Origin: an uncultured Alphaproteobacteria bacterium | GTDB lineage: Bacteria > Pseudomonadota > Alphaproteobacteria > Rhizobiales > Xanthobacteraceae | Reading direction: 5' to 3' | Assembly: GCA_963831165.1 (NCBI GenBank) | Contig: CAWHPC010000029.1 | Location: forward strand, 261,183 to 325,182 | Length of the DNA stretch: 64,000 nt | The notes under the pieces: generated by a model | What the model was told of the DNA's origin: nothing | Seen by the model: the letters and a program-made list of their open reading frames with translations, nothing else | The model's database searches: none | In this document: piece by piece, positions 37,982 through 47,737 of the stretch | Position numbering within the stretch: the first letter of the stretch is position 1 | Layout of the letters: the number at the start of each line of letters is the position of its first letter | Translations under genes and position numbers: made by a program

Positions 37982-38797
37982 TCAGCGAATTTTTTCGAAA
38001 TCACCGTGACGGCCAAGACCTTCCTTAAAGCGGGTCGCACCGGCGACGCCATCCGTGATCAGCGCCTCGCGCCCATTGTACCATTCTTGGATCAGCGCCG
38101 CGCGCACACTGAGCCCGTGGCTCTTGATGGCGGAACGGCGGTCAGCGCGCACACAGACCTGCGGGAACCGGGCGATCTCTTGTGCCAGTTCTTCTGCCCT
38201 CTGCCGGGCGCCGCCTTTCGGTGTGACATATTCGCATAGACCGATATCCAGGCATTCCTCGGCGGGGACTTTGCGCCCCGTCAAAATAATCTCGAGCGCG
38301 CGCCCCTGGCCGACAATTCGCGGCAACCGAACGGTCCCGCCATCGATCAGCGGCACGCCCCAACGCCGGCAGTAGACGCCGAAATAGGATCCTTGCGCCA
38401 TCACCCGGAAGTCGCACCACAGTCCGAGTTCCATGCCGCCGGCGACGGCGGGACCTTCGATCGCCGCGATAACAGGCTTGTCCAGTTCGAGCCGCGAAGG
38501 ACCGAGCGGTCCGCGCGGAATTTCAGCACCATTGCCGCGAGGCCCTGCCGTAGGGATATCAAGTTCACCGAGCGGATATGCGGCGTTCAGTGTGCTGGCA
38601 TATTTGAGATCCCAGCCGGCGCAAAACGCGCCACCGGCGCCATAGAAGACCGCAACCGATGCGTTTTTATCGGCGTCGAATTCAAGAAACGCCGCCGTTA
38701 ACGCGTCCGCGCTCGCCGGGTCCATCGCGTTCCGGGCTTCGGGGCGATCGTGAACGACGGTCCACACCGATCCGTTCTTCTCAACTCTGACTGCCAT
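37982..38797 (-). CDS. enoyl-CoA hydratase/isomerase (crotonase) family protein
   Basis: 271 aa. GAFCAGWDLK and IAAIEGPAVAGGMELGLWCD motifs. Confidence 0.85.
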   Translation of the reverse strand: MAVRVEKNGSVWTVVHDRPEARNAMDPASADALTAAFLEFDADKNASVAVFYGAGGAFCAGWDLKYASTLNAAYPLGELDIPTAGPRGNGAEIPRGPLGPSRLELDKPVIAAIEGPAVAGGMELGLWCDFRVMAQGSYFGVYCRRWGVPLIDGGTVRLPRIVGQGRALEIILTGRKVPAEECLDIGLCEYVTPKGGARQRAEELAQEIARFPQVCVRADRRSAIKSHGLSVRAALIQEWYNGREALITDGVAGATRFKEGLGRHGDFEKIR

Positions 38798-38860
38798 TTT
38801 CGATGTCCTCTCCTTGACAAATCTTTGTGTTCAGAATTTGTGCGCCGTGGTGCCAGCTGA

Positions 38861-39649
38861 TTATCGGCTGTTGAACGTAGGCAGGCGCCGCTCGGCCATC
38901 GCTTTCACGCCTTCCTTGAAATCTTCGGTTTGGCGCAAACGTGTTTGCTCGGCGAGTTCATGTTCAGTGGCCGCACGCACCTGGTCGGCCAGATCGCCGC
39001 GCATGCTGGCGCGCGTGGCGATCAGGCCAAGCGGCGAATTTTCTGCGATCTCGGCGGCGAACGACAGCGCGGCAGTGCGCACTTGATCCTGCGGCACCAG
39101 CACGTCCGCCAGGCCCATGGCGTGCGCTTCATCGCCCGGAACACGGCGGCTGGTGTAGAACATCATCGCCGCTTTGGTCGGGCCGATCACAGCCGGCAGC
39201 GCGACGGTCAGCCCGAAGCCGGGATGAAAACCAAGCCGGGTGAAGTTGGCGCAGAACCGGGCTTCGGGACAGGTCACGCGAAAATCGGCCACCATCGCCA
39301 GACCGAGACCGCCGCCAACCGCGGCGCCATGCACGGCGGCAACGATCGGCTTTTTGGTCCGGAACAGCCGGTTACCTTCGATATAGAGATGTGCGGCGCC
39401 CGGCCTCGGCCCACCCAGAAGTTCGGCGCTGTCGCGGTCGTCACTGCCGAAATTCGCTCCGGCGCAAAATGATTTTCCCTGCGCCGCCAGCACCAGAGCA
39501 CGGCAATTGGAATCAGCGTCGAGCGCCTCGAAAGCTGTGGCGATTTCCTTAATCAGCGCCACGTCGAAATAGTTATTGGGCGGCCGTCTGATCTCTACGA
39601 GTGCAACGTGGGCGGTTTTCTCGACGCCAATATCCTTGAAGGGACCCAT
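38861..39649 (-). CDS. enoyl-CoA hydratase/isomerase family protein
   Basis: 262 aa. GKSFCAGANF and VAAVHGAAVGGGLGLAMVAD motifs. Confidence 0.85.
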   Translation of the reverse strand: MGPFKDIGVEKTAHVALVEIRRPPNNYFDVALIKEIATAFEALDADSNCRALVLAAQGKSFCAGANFGSDDRDSAELLGGPRPGAAHLYIEGNRLFRTKKPIVAAVHGAAVGGGLGLAMVADFRVTCPEARFCANFTRLGFHPGFGLTVALPAVIGPTKAAMMFYTSRRVPGDEAHAMGLADVLVPQDQVRTAALSFAAEIAENSPLGLIATRASMRGDLADQVRAATEHELAEQTRLRQTEDFKEGVKAMAERRLPTFNSR

Positions 39650-39670
39650 GACCCTGTCCTCGCAAATTGC

Positions 39671-41851
39671 TTACTCAGCCGCGCCGCGGCGTTCCGCGGT
39701 CGGGACATCGCGCTTCACGATTAACGCGTCCACGACGGAAACCCCTTCGCCCTCGCCGTGAACGATGACCGGATTAAGATCGATTGAGTCAATCTCGTCG
39801 GCATGATCGGCGGCGAATTGTGACAGCCGCACCATAAGATCGGCGAGCGCACCAATGTCCGCCGGTGGCAGTCCGCGATAGCGCCCGAATACAGCAACGG
39901 CCTTGAGGCGGCCGATGAGCGCGCGGGCGCCGTCGGCATCTAGCGGGACGGGCGCAAGCAACACATCGTCCAGCGCTTCAACCAGGAAGCCGCCGAGACC
40001 GACCATCAGCAGCAAGCTCCAGGTCGGATCGCGATTCGCGCCAAGGATGACTTCGCGCCCGGGCGGCGCCATGGGCTGGACCAGCACGCCGTCGATCTGC
40101 GCTGTCGGCACGTAACGTTTGGCTGCGGTGAGCACGCGATCGTAAGCGGCGCGCACCGCATTGGCGTCGGCCAGATTCAATGCGACGGCGCCGGCTTCGG
40201 TCTTATGCGGGATATCGGCGGATTGAACCTTGAGCGCGACCGGCCGCCCCATCGCCTGCGCTTTGGCGGCAGCTTCATCGCCGGAGTGCACCAACTCGCC
40301 TGCGTTTTGGGTTCCAATCCCGTAGGCTGCAAGGAGAGCGCGTGCCCGATATTCGCTCAGCACCAGGGGTGCCGCCGCAAGCAGCACCGCCACCTTTGCA
40401 CGCGTCGGCGATGCCGGCGCGACGATGTTAGCCGGCTGCAGCGAACGTTCGCGCAGGGCGCGGTGGTCCGCCATCGCGCGCATAGTGCGGGCGCAGCCGG
40501 GCGCGCCCGTGAACAACGGATTGCCCGCTTCATTCAGGATCTCAATGGTGCGCTCGGCGGGCAGCGTGTAGGTCCACATGAATACCGGCTTCGGGCATTC
40601 GCGCGCGAGCTCCTTGAGCTTCGGCAGATCAGCTTCGAGGAAAGCCGAACGGCGCGCCGTGATCACGACGATGACGCCGTCAACTGAAGGCGATTGAGCG
40701 ACCAATCGCGCGAACTGCGCATAGCCGAGCTTCTGGACGCCTTGCGCCGTTGAATTGACCGGGTTCTGCGTGCTGCCGTAGGAAGGCACATAAGCGTCAA
40801 GCGCGGTGCGGGTCGAGGCGTCGAGCACTGGCACATCGAGCCCCGCGGCCGCGCAAGCGTCGGCCATCCAGATGCCTGCGCCGCCAGAGGCGGTGCAGAT
40901 GCCGACGCGGCGGCCGGCCGGCATCCGGTCGCCGCAGGCGAGAAAGGCAACAGCCATGTCAAGCATCTCGTCGAAATCGCGCGCTTCGATCAAACCGTAG
41001 TAGTCGAAAATTGCGCGATACGCGGCTTGCGAGCCCGCAAGCACGGCGGTGTGAGAAGCGGCCGCGCGGCGGCCCGGGTCGGTCTGGCCGATCTTGCCGA
41101 CGATCAGCGGCTTTCCGGCCTTGAGCGCCTTCTCCGCTACGCGCTTGAATTTCTCCGGCGTCTTCACCGCTTCAATCAGCAACAAGAAAACGTCGGTCTC
41201 GCCTTCGTCGAGCATGTAGTCGACAAAATCGGAAATCTCGAGCGCGGCTTCATTGCCGGTCGTGGCGACGTAACGGAACTTGATATTGCGGGGGCGCGCG
41301 CGGTCAAGGAACGCAAAGCCGAGGCCGCCGCTTTGCGAGATCACCGACACCTGACCGCGCCCCAGCGGCCGTGCCGGGGTGAGCGGCCCCGCGCTCTTGT
41401 CCGAGGCGGGGCTGAAGTTCGCGCATAAGGCCGCGGCGATGTTGGCAAAGCCTTCGGAGTTAGGGCCGCTCACCGCCATGTCGTAGCGCTGCGCAATCGC
41501 GGCGATTTCGCGTTGCATACGGGTGCCGGTCTCGCCCTCCTCGGCAAAGCCGGAACTGAGAATAGCGGCGGCTTTGATGCCGGTGCGCCCGCAGCGTTCG
41601 AGCTCCGCCGGCACATAGGCGGCGGGAACGATCAGGATCGCCAGATCGACGACTTCGGGAACCGCCTCGACTGAAGGATAGGCTTTAACGCCTTGTACTT
41701 CGGCGGCGCTGCGGCTGATCGGATAGACATTCCCGGCGAATGGATGACTGCGGATGATCTCGAAAATCCGTCCGCGCAGCCCGCGCGTATCGGACGACGC
41801 ACCGACCACCGCCACCGATTTCGGCCACAGCAATTTCCCGATATCCGGCAC
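39671..41851 (-). CDS. ADP-forming acyl-CoA synthetase (acetate--CoA ligase family; CoA-binding + ATP-grasp)
   Basis: 726 aa. PKSVAVVGASSD CoA-binding N-terminus, succinyl-CoA-synthetase-like flavodoxin domain, and a C-terminal ATP-grasp (PVALKVQSADIPHKTEAGAV). Confidence 0.85.
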   Translation of the reverse strand: MPDIGKLLWPKSVAVVGASSDTRGLRGRIFEIIRSHPFAGNVYPISRSAAEVQGVKAYPSVEAVPEVVDLAILIVPAAYVPAELERCGRTGIKAAAILSSGFAEEGETGTRMQREIAAIAQRYDMAVSGPNSEGFANIAAALCANFSPASDKSAGPLTPARPLGRGQVSVISQSGGLGFAFLDRARPRNIKFRYVATTGNEAALEISDFVDYMLDEGETDVFLLLIEAVKTPEKFKRVAEKALKAGKPLIVGKIGQTDPGRRAAASHTAVLAGSQAAYRAIFDYYGLIEARDFDEMLDMAVAFLACGDRMPAGRRVGICTASGGAGIWMADACAAAGLDVPVLDASTRTALDAYVPSYGSTQNPVNSTAQGVQKLGYAQFARLVAQSPSVDGVIVVITARRSAFLEADLPKLKELARECPKPVFMWTYTLPAERTIEILNEAGNPLFTGAPGCARTMRAMADHRALRERSLQPANIVAPASPTRAKVAVLLAAAPLVLSEYRARALLAAYGIGTQNAGELVHSGDEAAAKAQAMGRPVALKVQSADIPHKTEAGAVALNLADANAVRAAYDRVLTAAKRYVPTAQIDGVLVQPMAPPGREVILGANRDPTWSLLLMVGLGGFLVEALDDVLLAPVPLDADGARALIGRLKAVAVFGRYRGLPPADIGALADLMVRLSQFAADHADEIDSIDLNPVIVHGEGEGVSVVDALIVKRDVPTAERRGAAE

Positions 41852-41865
41852 CGTGCGTCAGCCTC

Positions 41866-43026
41866 TCAACGCAAGCCGAGCCCGCGCGCGATAATGCCGC
41901 GCAGGATTTCGGTAGTGCCGCCCTGAATGGTGAGCTTGGGTGCGATCATGGTTGCGAACGCGAGCTGATCCTCGAGCGTAGCGCGGTTGAGGATTTCAGG
42001 TTCGAGGAACGCCGCGAGCTCGCGCACCCGGCCGGGCAGCTTCTGTTCCCAAATCGTGCCGAGGTCCTTGACGATCGACCCTTCGACCACCGGCTCCTTG
42101 CCGGCTTGCAGCATGCCCGCGACGGACACCGACATCCGCCGCAGCGTGTGCAGTTGCGCAACCAGCCGGCCGAGGCCCTCGGCGCTGCGCAGGTCGGGCG
42201 CTGGACCGAGCACGCGGATGAGTTCCAACAAGACATAAAAGGTCTCGAGAAAGCGCTCCGGTCCGCTGCGCTCGTAAGCGAGTTCGCTGGTCGCCTGCTT
42301 CCAGGCGCCGTCGATTTCTCCCATGACGTGGTCGTCGGGCGCGAAGGCATCGTCGAACACGACTTCATTGAAACCGGCTTTCCCCGTCATTTGATTGATC
42401 GGGTTCACCTTGATCCCCGGCGTTTTCATACCGACCAAAAACTGGGTCAAGCCGTGGCGGCGGTTTTCTTTGGTCCGCGGCGAAGTGCGAAACAGCGCCA
42501 GCATGTAGTCCGCGACCTGCGCGCTGGTCGTCCAGATCTTGCTGCCGTTGATACGCCAGCCGCCGTCGACCTTTGTTGCCTTGGTCTTGGCCGCAAACAG
42601 GTCCGAGCCCGAGCCCGGCTCGCTCATGCCGATGGAGAAGCACAATTCGCCGCGGCAAATGCGCGGCAGTACGTCGTTCTTGATGTGCTCGGGAGCGTAT
42701 TTGAGCAGGATCGGGCCGCTCTGCCGGTCGGCGACAAAGTGCAGGTGCGACGGCGCATTGGCGACGCGAAACTCCTCCGTGACCACGTATCGCTCCAGTT
42801 GGGTGCGCTCGTGTCCGCCGTAGCGCTTCGGCCAGGTCATGCCGATCCAGCCTTTGGCGCCGACCCGCCGGCTGAAGGCGCGGTTGTAGGAATTGCCGTG
42901 CGCGGCTTGATGCGGATCGAATGTGCCGGCTGCAATCTCGTCAGCGAGAAAAGCTCGCACTTCCGTGCGAAGTGCTTCGCATTCCGGCGGCAGGCGAATT
43001 GGATCGAACTGCAGGTTGGCGGTCAT
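41866..43026 (-). CDS. acyl-CoA dehydrogenase
   Basis: Start MTANLQF at 43026, in a 4-nt ATGA overlap with the upstream ACAD gene. GMSEPGSGSDL motif. Confidence 0.85.
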   Translation of the reverse strand: MTANLQFDPIRLPPECEALRTEVRAFLADEIAAGTFDPHQAAHGNSYNRAFSRRVGAKGWIGMTWPKRYGGHERTQLERYVVTEEFRVANAPSHLHFVADRQSGPILLKYAPEHIKNDVLPRICRGELCFSIGMSEPGSGSDLFAAKTKATKVDGGWRINGSKIWTTSAQVADYMLALFRTSPRTKENRRHGLTQFLVGMKTPGIKVNPINQMTGKAGFNEVVFDDAFAPDDHVMGEIDGAWKQATSELAYERSGPERFLETFYVLLELIRVLGPAPDLRSAEGLGRLVAQLHTLRRMSVSVAGMLQAGKEPVVEGSIVKDLGTIWEQKLPGRVRELAAFLEPEILNRATLEDQLAFATMIAPKLTIQGGTTEILRGIIARGLGLR

Positions 43027-44090
43027 CGCGACGCCACCATAGGCCAGAATTCGTCGGCCCCGCGGCGGGCGACGTGTTTGCCGAGCTCGGCCGCCCAATA
43101 GCTTTCGTTGCCGAAGTCGTCGCGCCAGGACAGCATCCGCAGCGTGAAGCGGTGCAGTACGTGCTCTTGCGTGAAGCCGATGGCGCCCAACACCTGATGT
43201 GCAATCGCCGCGCCTTCGGTGGCGGCTTCGGCGGTGCGAATCTTGGCGGATGCCGCTTCAAAGAACACCGCGTTATCGAACGCGCCGGCTTGCGCGATAG
43301 TGTCCGCCGCCGAACCCGCAACCGCAAGCGCGGCGGCAACCTCGCCGGCTAGCCGGGCCAAGTTCTGCTGCACCGCCTGAAATTTGCCGATCGGGCGCTC
43401 GAAGGCGACGCGTTCGCCGGCATAAGCGATGCTGAGCGACAGGATCGCTTCCAGCGCCCCGGCGGTTTCGACGCTACGAATGGTCGAGCCCATCAGCATC
43501 AAAGTGGACTGCACGAGTCCGTCCGACGCCGGTGCGCTGGCGACAGGCCGGACGCGATCGAAGGTCACAACATTGGCGGCGTCGCCGGCGAGGTTGCGGC
43601 CTTCACTTAAGCGGCAGTCTTTAGCACTGACCAGCGCGATCAGTTGCTGCTTGGCGCCGGCGGCAAGCACCGCGATGTGTTGCACGTCCCGGGCAAATGG
43701 AACGGCGAACGCGCGGCCGCTCAGCGTGCCGTCGGCGTCGATGGTGATGCGGTCATGCGGACGGACCGGTGCGAGCGTCATTGGCGTTGCCGGCGCTTTG
43801 ATGCCCGCGTGCGTGAGGAGCCAGCCGGCAGCCAGCGTTTCCGCTAGCGGCACCGACAACGCGAAACGTCCGGCGACCGCGAGAATAGCGAAGCCCTCAG
43901 CCAGACCGGCGCCGGAGCCGCCTAATTCTTCAGGCACCCAGGCGAGTGGCAGGCCGGCTTCACTGAGCGCGTGCCACAGCGGTTCTTTCCATACGCCGTT
44001 AGCCGCTTTGTTGATGGTCTGCGGATCGGCGAGGTCGGCGAGAATTCGCGCCGCCGCGTTGGCTACGATATGTTCTCTTTCGTCCGGCAC
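43023..44090 (-). CDS. acyl-CoA dehydrogenase family protein (probable second subunit/paralogue)
   Basis: 355 aa with an ACAD C-terminal helical domain (FQAVQQNLARLAGEV...). Translationally coupled to the next ACAD gene. Confidence 0.75.
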   Translation of the reverse strand: MPDEREHIVANAAARILADLADPQTINKAANGVWKEPLWHALSEAGLPLAWVPEELGGSGAGLAEGFAILAVAGRFALSVPLAETLAAGWLLTHAGIKAPATPMTLAPVRPHDRITIDADGTLSGRAFAVPFARDVQHIAVLAAGAKQQLIALVSAKDCRLSEGRNLAGDAANVVTFDRVRPVASAPASDGLVQSTLMLMGSTIRSVETAGALEAILSLSIAYAGERVAFERPIGKFQAVQQNLARLAGEVAAALAVAGSAADTIAQAGAFDNAVFFEAASAKIRTAEAATEGAAIAHQVLGAIGFTQEHVLHRFTLRMLSWRDDFGNESYWAAELGKHVARRGADEFWPMVASR

Positions 44091-44196
44091 GATTTACTGA
44101 ACCCCGATCTTTACGGCCTATGGTGATCGTAAGCTGGACACTTGGCAAGTTGACTCGATTGACGGTAAGTGCCTCAGTTTTAAAATCACGGCGCGC

Positions 44197-44427
44197 TTGC
44201 GCTTCGCGGGAACAACCATGCATGACCTAGGCAGCCTGTTGGAGGCCCTGTTTGTTGCTGCATTCGGCGCGTTCATCGTGTTCGCGCCAAAGCGTGCGGA
44301 ACGTCTAAATCAGCAAATCCCTTTCATCAGGACGGGTGGTGCGTTGAGAGCTCCGTTTGGTTGGCTGGCTCTAACTATTGGAATCCTGTGGACCACTATT
44401 TGGCTGACCCGCCAAATTTCAAACTGA
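44197..44427 (+). CDS. hypothetical small membrane protein
   Basis: 76 aa with two hydrophobic helices, in an AT-richer patch. Weak call. Confidence 0.3.
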   Translation: MRFAGTTMHDLGSLLEALFVAAFGAFIVFAPKRAERLNQQIPFIRTGGALRAPFGWLALTIGILWTTIWLTRQISN

Positions 44428-44558
44428 GGCACTACCCGATTGAGCCTCTTTGTTCCGCCAACTGGACAGGCGGCGCGAAATACTGGACGGTGTGGTCGCG
44501 CAAGTGTTGGCTGCCCAAACGTTGACTGCACAAGCGTTGGCGAAGCTGGAGGGCGCAG

Positions 44559-45302
44559 TTGGCGAAACGAAGCGCGTCCGTGGCCGTGATCGGTGCTGGT
44601 GACTTCATCGGCGCAGCGATCGCCAAAAAGTTTGCGGCCGAAGGTTTCGCAGTCTTCGCCGGCCGCCGGAACGCGGACAAGCTGCAACCGCTGGTCACAG
44701 ACGTTGAAGCCGCCGGCGGCGAGATCGTGGCGTGCGGCCTTGATGCCCGCAAGGAGGACGACGTAGCGGCTTTTCTGCGCGCCGCCGACGCGCACGCTCC
44801 GCTCGAAGTCTGCGTGTTCAACATCGGTGCCAACGTCAACTTCCCGCTGCTGGAGACGACCGAACGGGTGTTTCGCAAGGTCTGGGAATTGGCCTGTTAT
44901 GCTGGGTTTCTCAGCGGCCGCGAGGCCGCACGGCTGATGCTGCCGCGCGGCAAAGGTTGCATCTTTTTCACCGGCGCCACGGCAAGCGTGCGCGGTGGCA
45001 TCGGCTACTCGGCATTCGCGGGCGCGAAGTTCGGGCTACGCGCGGTTGCGCAAAGCATGGCCCGCGAGCTTGGTCCGCAGAATATCCATGTTGCGCATCT
45101 GATCATCGATGCCGGCGTTGATACCGCATTCGTCCGCGATCGGATGAAACAGCGCGGCGGTGCGGAAGCGCTGGAGAATCTGGAGCCCGACCAGCTGATG
45201 AATCCGGCGTCGGTCGCGGAGGCGTATTGGCAGCTATACCAGCAGCCGCGCGACGCCTGGACCTTCGAACTCGATGTGCGCCCTTACCGTGAGGTCTGGT
45301 GA
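44559..45302 (+). CDS. SDR-family oxidoreductase
   Basis: TTG start 6 nt after GGAGGG. VIGAGDFIGAAIAKKF Rossmann motif and YSAFAGAKF catalytic motif. Confidence 0.85.
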   Translation: MAKRSASVAVIGAGDFIGAAIAKKFAAEGFAVFAGRRNADKLQPLVTDVEAAGGEIVACGLDARKEDDVAAFLRAADAHAPLEVCVFNIGANVNFPLLETTERVFRKVWELACYAGFLSGREAARLMLPRGKGCIFFTGATASVRGGIGYSAFAGAKFGLRAVAQSMARELGPQNIHVAHLIIDAGVDTAFVRDRMKQRGGAEALENLEPDQLMNPASVAEAYWQLYQQPRDAWTFELDVRPYREVW

Positions 45303-45303
45303 C

Positions 45304-45906
45304 ATGGCCAAAGTGGAATTTCACTTCGACTTCGGCAGTCCGAACGCCTATCTGGCGCATCTGGTCATTCCGCAAATCCAGGCGCGTACCGGCGCCAAAT
45401 TCGAATACGTGCCGATCCTGCTCGGCGGCGTGTTCAAGCTGACCAATAATCGTTCGCCGGCGGAGAAGATGGCCGGCATCAAGAACCGCCTCGAATACGA
45501 ACGCTTGGAGCTGCAACGTTTCGTCCGACGTTACGGCGTCCCGTTTAACTGGAATCCATTCTTTCCGGTCAACACATTGTTGATCATGCGCGGCGCCATA
45601 GCGGCCCAGCTTGCCGGCGTCTTTGAGCGATATGTGAATGAAGTGTTCCGCCACATGTGGGCGGAGCCGAAGGACATGGACGATCCGGCTGTGGTCGGCG
45701 CAGCGCTCACGGAATCCGGTTTCGATGCCGCTGCGTTGCTCGCGCGTGTCCAGGAGGCTGAGGTGAAGGACCGGCTCCTGAAAAATACCGAGGATTCAGT
45801 CTCGCGCGGCGCATTCGGGTCCCCGACTTTCTTTGTCGGCAACGAAATCTTTTTCGGCAAGGATCGGCTTCGCGACGTTGAAGAAGAGATCGCGCGCACC
45901 AAATAG
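45304..45906 (+). CDS. 2-hydroxychromene-2-carboxylate isomerase (DsbA-like) family protein
   Basis: Start MAKVEFHFDFGSPNAYL at 45304. C-terminal GAFGSPTFFVGNEIFFGKDRL. Confidence 0.85.
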   Translation: MAKVEFHFDFGSPNAYLAHLVIPQIQARTGAKFEYVPILLGGVFKLTNNRSPAEKMAGIKNRLEYERLELQRFVRRYGVPFNWNPFFPVNTLLIMRGAIAAQLAGVFERYVNEVFRHMWAEPKDMDDPAVVGAALTESGFDAAALLARVQEAEVKDRLLKNTEDSVSRGAFGSPTFFVGNEIFFGKDRLRDVEEEIARTK

Positions 45907-45964
45907 CGGGGTTGCGAGGGCGGGCTGCAGGCATGCCGATTTTCGCCTAAATGGAGCCGTATCC

Positions 45965-47671
45965 GTGATAACCCGGGCGAAATCGTCGGTCATCGACACG
46001 CGGCACGACCAGATGTTTCCGGTTTTGGAAGCACCGGAAATCGAGCGCGTCCGGCGTTTTGGTACAGTGCGATCGTTCCCAACCGGTGAGGCTTTGGAGA
46101 AAGCCGGCGAGGTTGGCACCGGGTTGAGCATCATCCTCGAAGGACGGATCGAAGCCTTCCAGCGAAACGCCGCGGGGAGCCAGGTGCCCATTGTCACGCA
46201 AGGGCCCGGCGCGTTCCTCGGCGAAGTGGCGCAATTGGCGGGCCGGCCGGGGCTGGTCGATGCATATGCGACCGAGCCAGCGAAAGCTCTTATCATTCCG
46301 CCGGATCGGCTGCGGGCGCTGTTGATCGCGGAGGCTGAGCTTGGCGAGCGCATTATGCGCGCGCTCATTCTGCGCCGCATGGGCCTGATTGAGACCGGAG
46401 GCGGTGGACCGGTGATTGTCGGCCGCGCCGACAACGGCGACGTGCTACGGCTGGAATACTTTCTCCGCCGCAACTCGCATCCGAGCCAGACACTCGATCC
46501 GGACAGCGATCCGGGAGCAAAAGCGCTGATCGAGCGCTTTCACGTCGACCCGGGACAATTGCCAATTGTGTTGTGTCCGCAGGGACAATTGCTGCGCAAT
46601 CCCACCGACGGCGAACTGGCGCGATGTCTCGGCTTGGTCAGTCCTATCAATCAGGATCGGATCTATGACGTGGCCATTGTTGGGGCGGGCCCCGCGGGTC
46701 TTGCGGCCTCGGTTTACGCTGGGTCGGAAGGTCTCTCGGTTCTCCTGCTCGACTGCCGCACCCGAGGCGGCCAAGCGGGCGCTTCCGCGCGGATCGAGAA
46801 TTATCTCGGCTTTCCGACCGGCATTAGCGGCCAGGCCCTGATGGCGCGCGCCTCTAACCAGGCGGCGAAGTTCGGGGTTGAAATGGCAATCCCGGACGAA
46901 GTGGCGAGCCTCCAGGCGGCGGATGGTTCTCAGAAGCATTTCGTCCTGAATTTATCAAACAACGAACACGCGCGCGCCCGCGCAGTCATAATCGCGAGCG
47001 GTGCGCGATACCGCCGGTTGGCGCTGCCAAATCTTGAGGCGTTCGAGTTGTCGAGCGTGCATTATTGGGCATCTCCGCTGGAGGGAAAGCTTTGCGGCGG
47101 ACAAGAGGTGGTCCTGGTAGGCGCCGGCAATTCGGCGGGCCAGGCGACGGTCTATCTGGCAAGTCAGGCGGCGAAGGTCTGGCTCATTGTTCGCGGAGCG
47201 GACCTGGAGACGAACATGTCGCGCTATTTGGTCGACCGCATTAGCGGACTCGCCAATGTCGAAGTGCTGACGCGCACTGAGATCGCCGCATTGGAAGGCA
47301 ACGACGGCATTCTGCATTCGGTCCGCTGGCGCCATACGGTTTCGGGCGAGGAAATACGGCGCGATATCCGTCACCTCTTCCTTTTCATCGGCGCCGAGCC
47401 AAACACCGATTGGCTTGCCGGGTCGGGAGTGGCGCTGGACCCGCGAGGTTTCGTGCTCACCGGCCCAGATGCAGGCGCGGATCGCAGGCAGCTTGAGACG
47501 ACACGCCCCGGCATATTCGCCATCGGCGATGTTCGCTCCGGCTCGGTCAAGCGGGTGGCCGCGGCAGTCGGTGAAGGAGCGCAGGTTATGTCGGCTCTGC
47601 ACCGTTATTTGGCTGCGGCCGGCCAAGCGCCGGGGGTTGCGACAACTCCGGCGGCGGTGGCGACGCACTAA
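45965..47671 (+). CDS. cyclic-nucleotide-binding domain fused to thioredoxin-reductase-like FAD oxidoreductase
   Basis: GTG at 45965 (GGAG upstream), or the ATG at 46013. An N-terminal cNMP-binding-like domain, then YDVAIVGAGPAGLAASVYAGSEGL and VVLVGAGNSAGQA dinucleotide motifs. Confidence 0.8.
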   Translation: MITRAKSSVIDTRHDQMFPVLEAPEIERVRRFGTVRSFPTGEALEKAGEVGTGLSIILEGRIEAFQRNAAGSQVPIVTQGPGAFLGEVAQLAGRPGLVDAYATEPAKALIIPPDRLRALLIAEAELGERIMRALILRRMGLIETGGGGPVIVGRADNGDVLRLEYFLRRNSHPSQTLDPDSDPGAKALIERFHVDPGQLPIVLCPQGQLLRNPTDGELARCLGLVSPINQDRIYDVAIVGAGPAGLAASVYAGSEGLSVLLLDCRTRGGQAGASARIENYLGFPTGISGQALMARASNQAAKFGVEMAIPDEVASLQAADGSQKHFVLNLSNNEHARARAVIIASGARYRRLALPNLEAFELSSVHYWASPLEGKLCGGQEVVLVGAGNSAGQATVYLASQAAKVWLIVRGADLETNMSRYLVDRISGLANVEVLTRTEIAALEGNDGILHSVRWRHTVSGEEIRRDIRHLFLFIGAEPNTDWLAGSGVALDPRGFVLTGPDAGADRRQLETTRPGIFAIGDVRSGSVKRVAAAVGEGAQVMSALHRYLAAAGQAPGVATTPAAVATH

Positions 47672-47737
47672 GACGGCCCGTCCGCGCGCAATAACCGGGG
47701 CGCGCGTTGGCCGAGTGCCGCGGGAACAGGACGCGAC

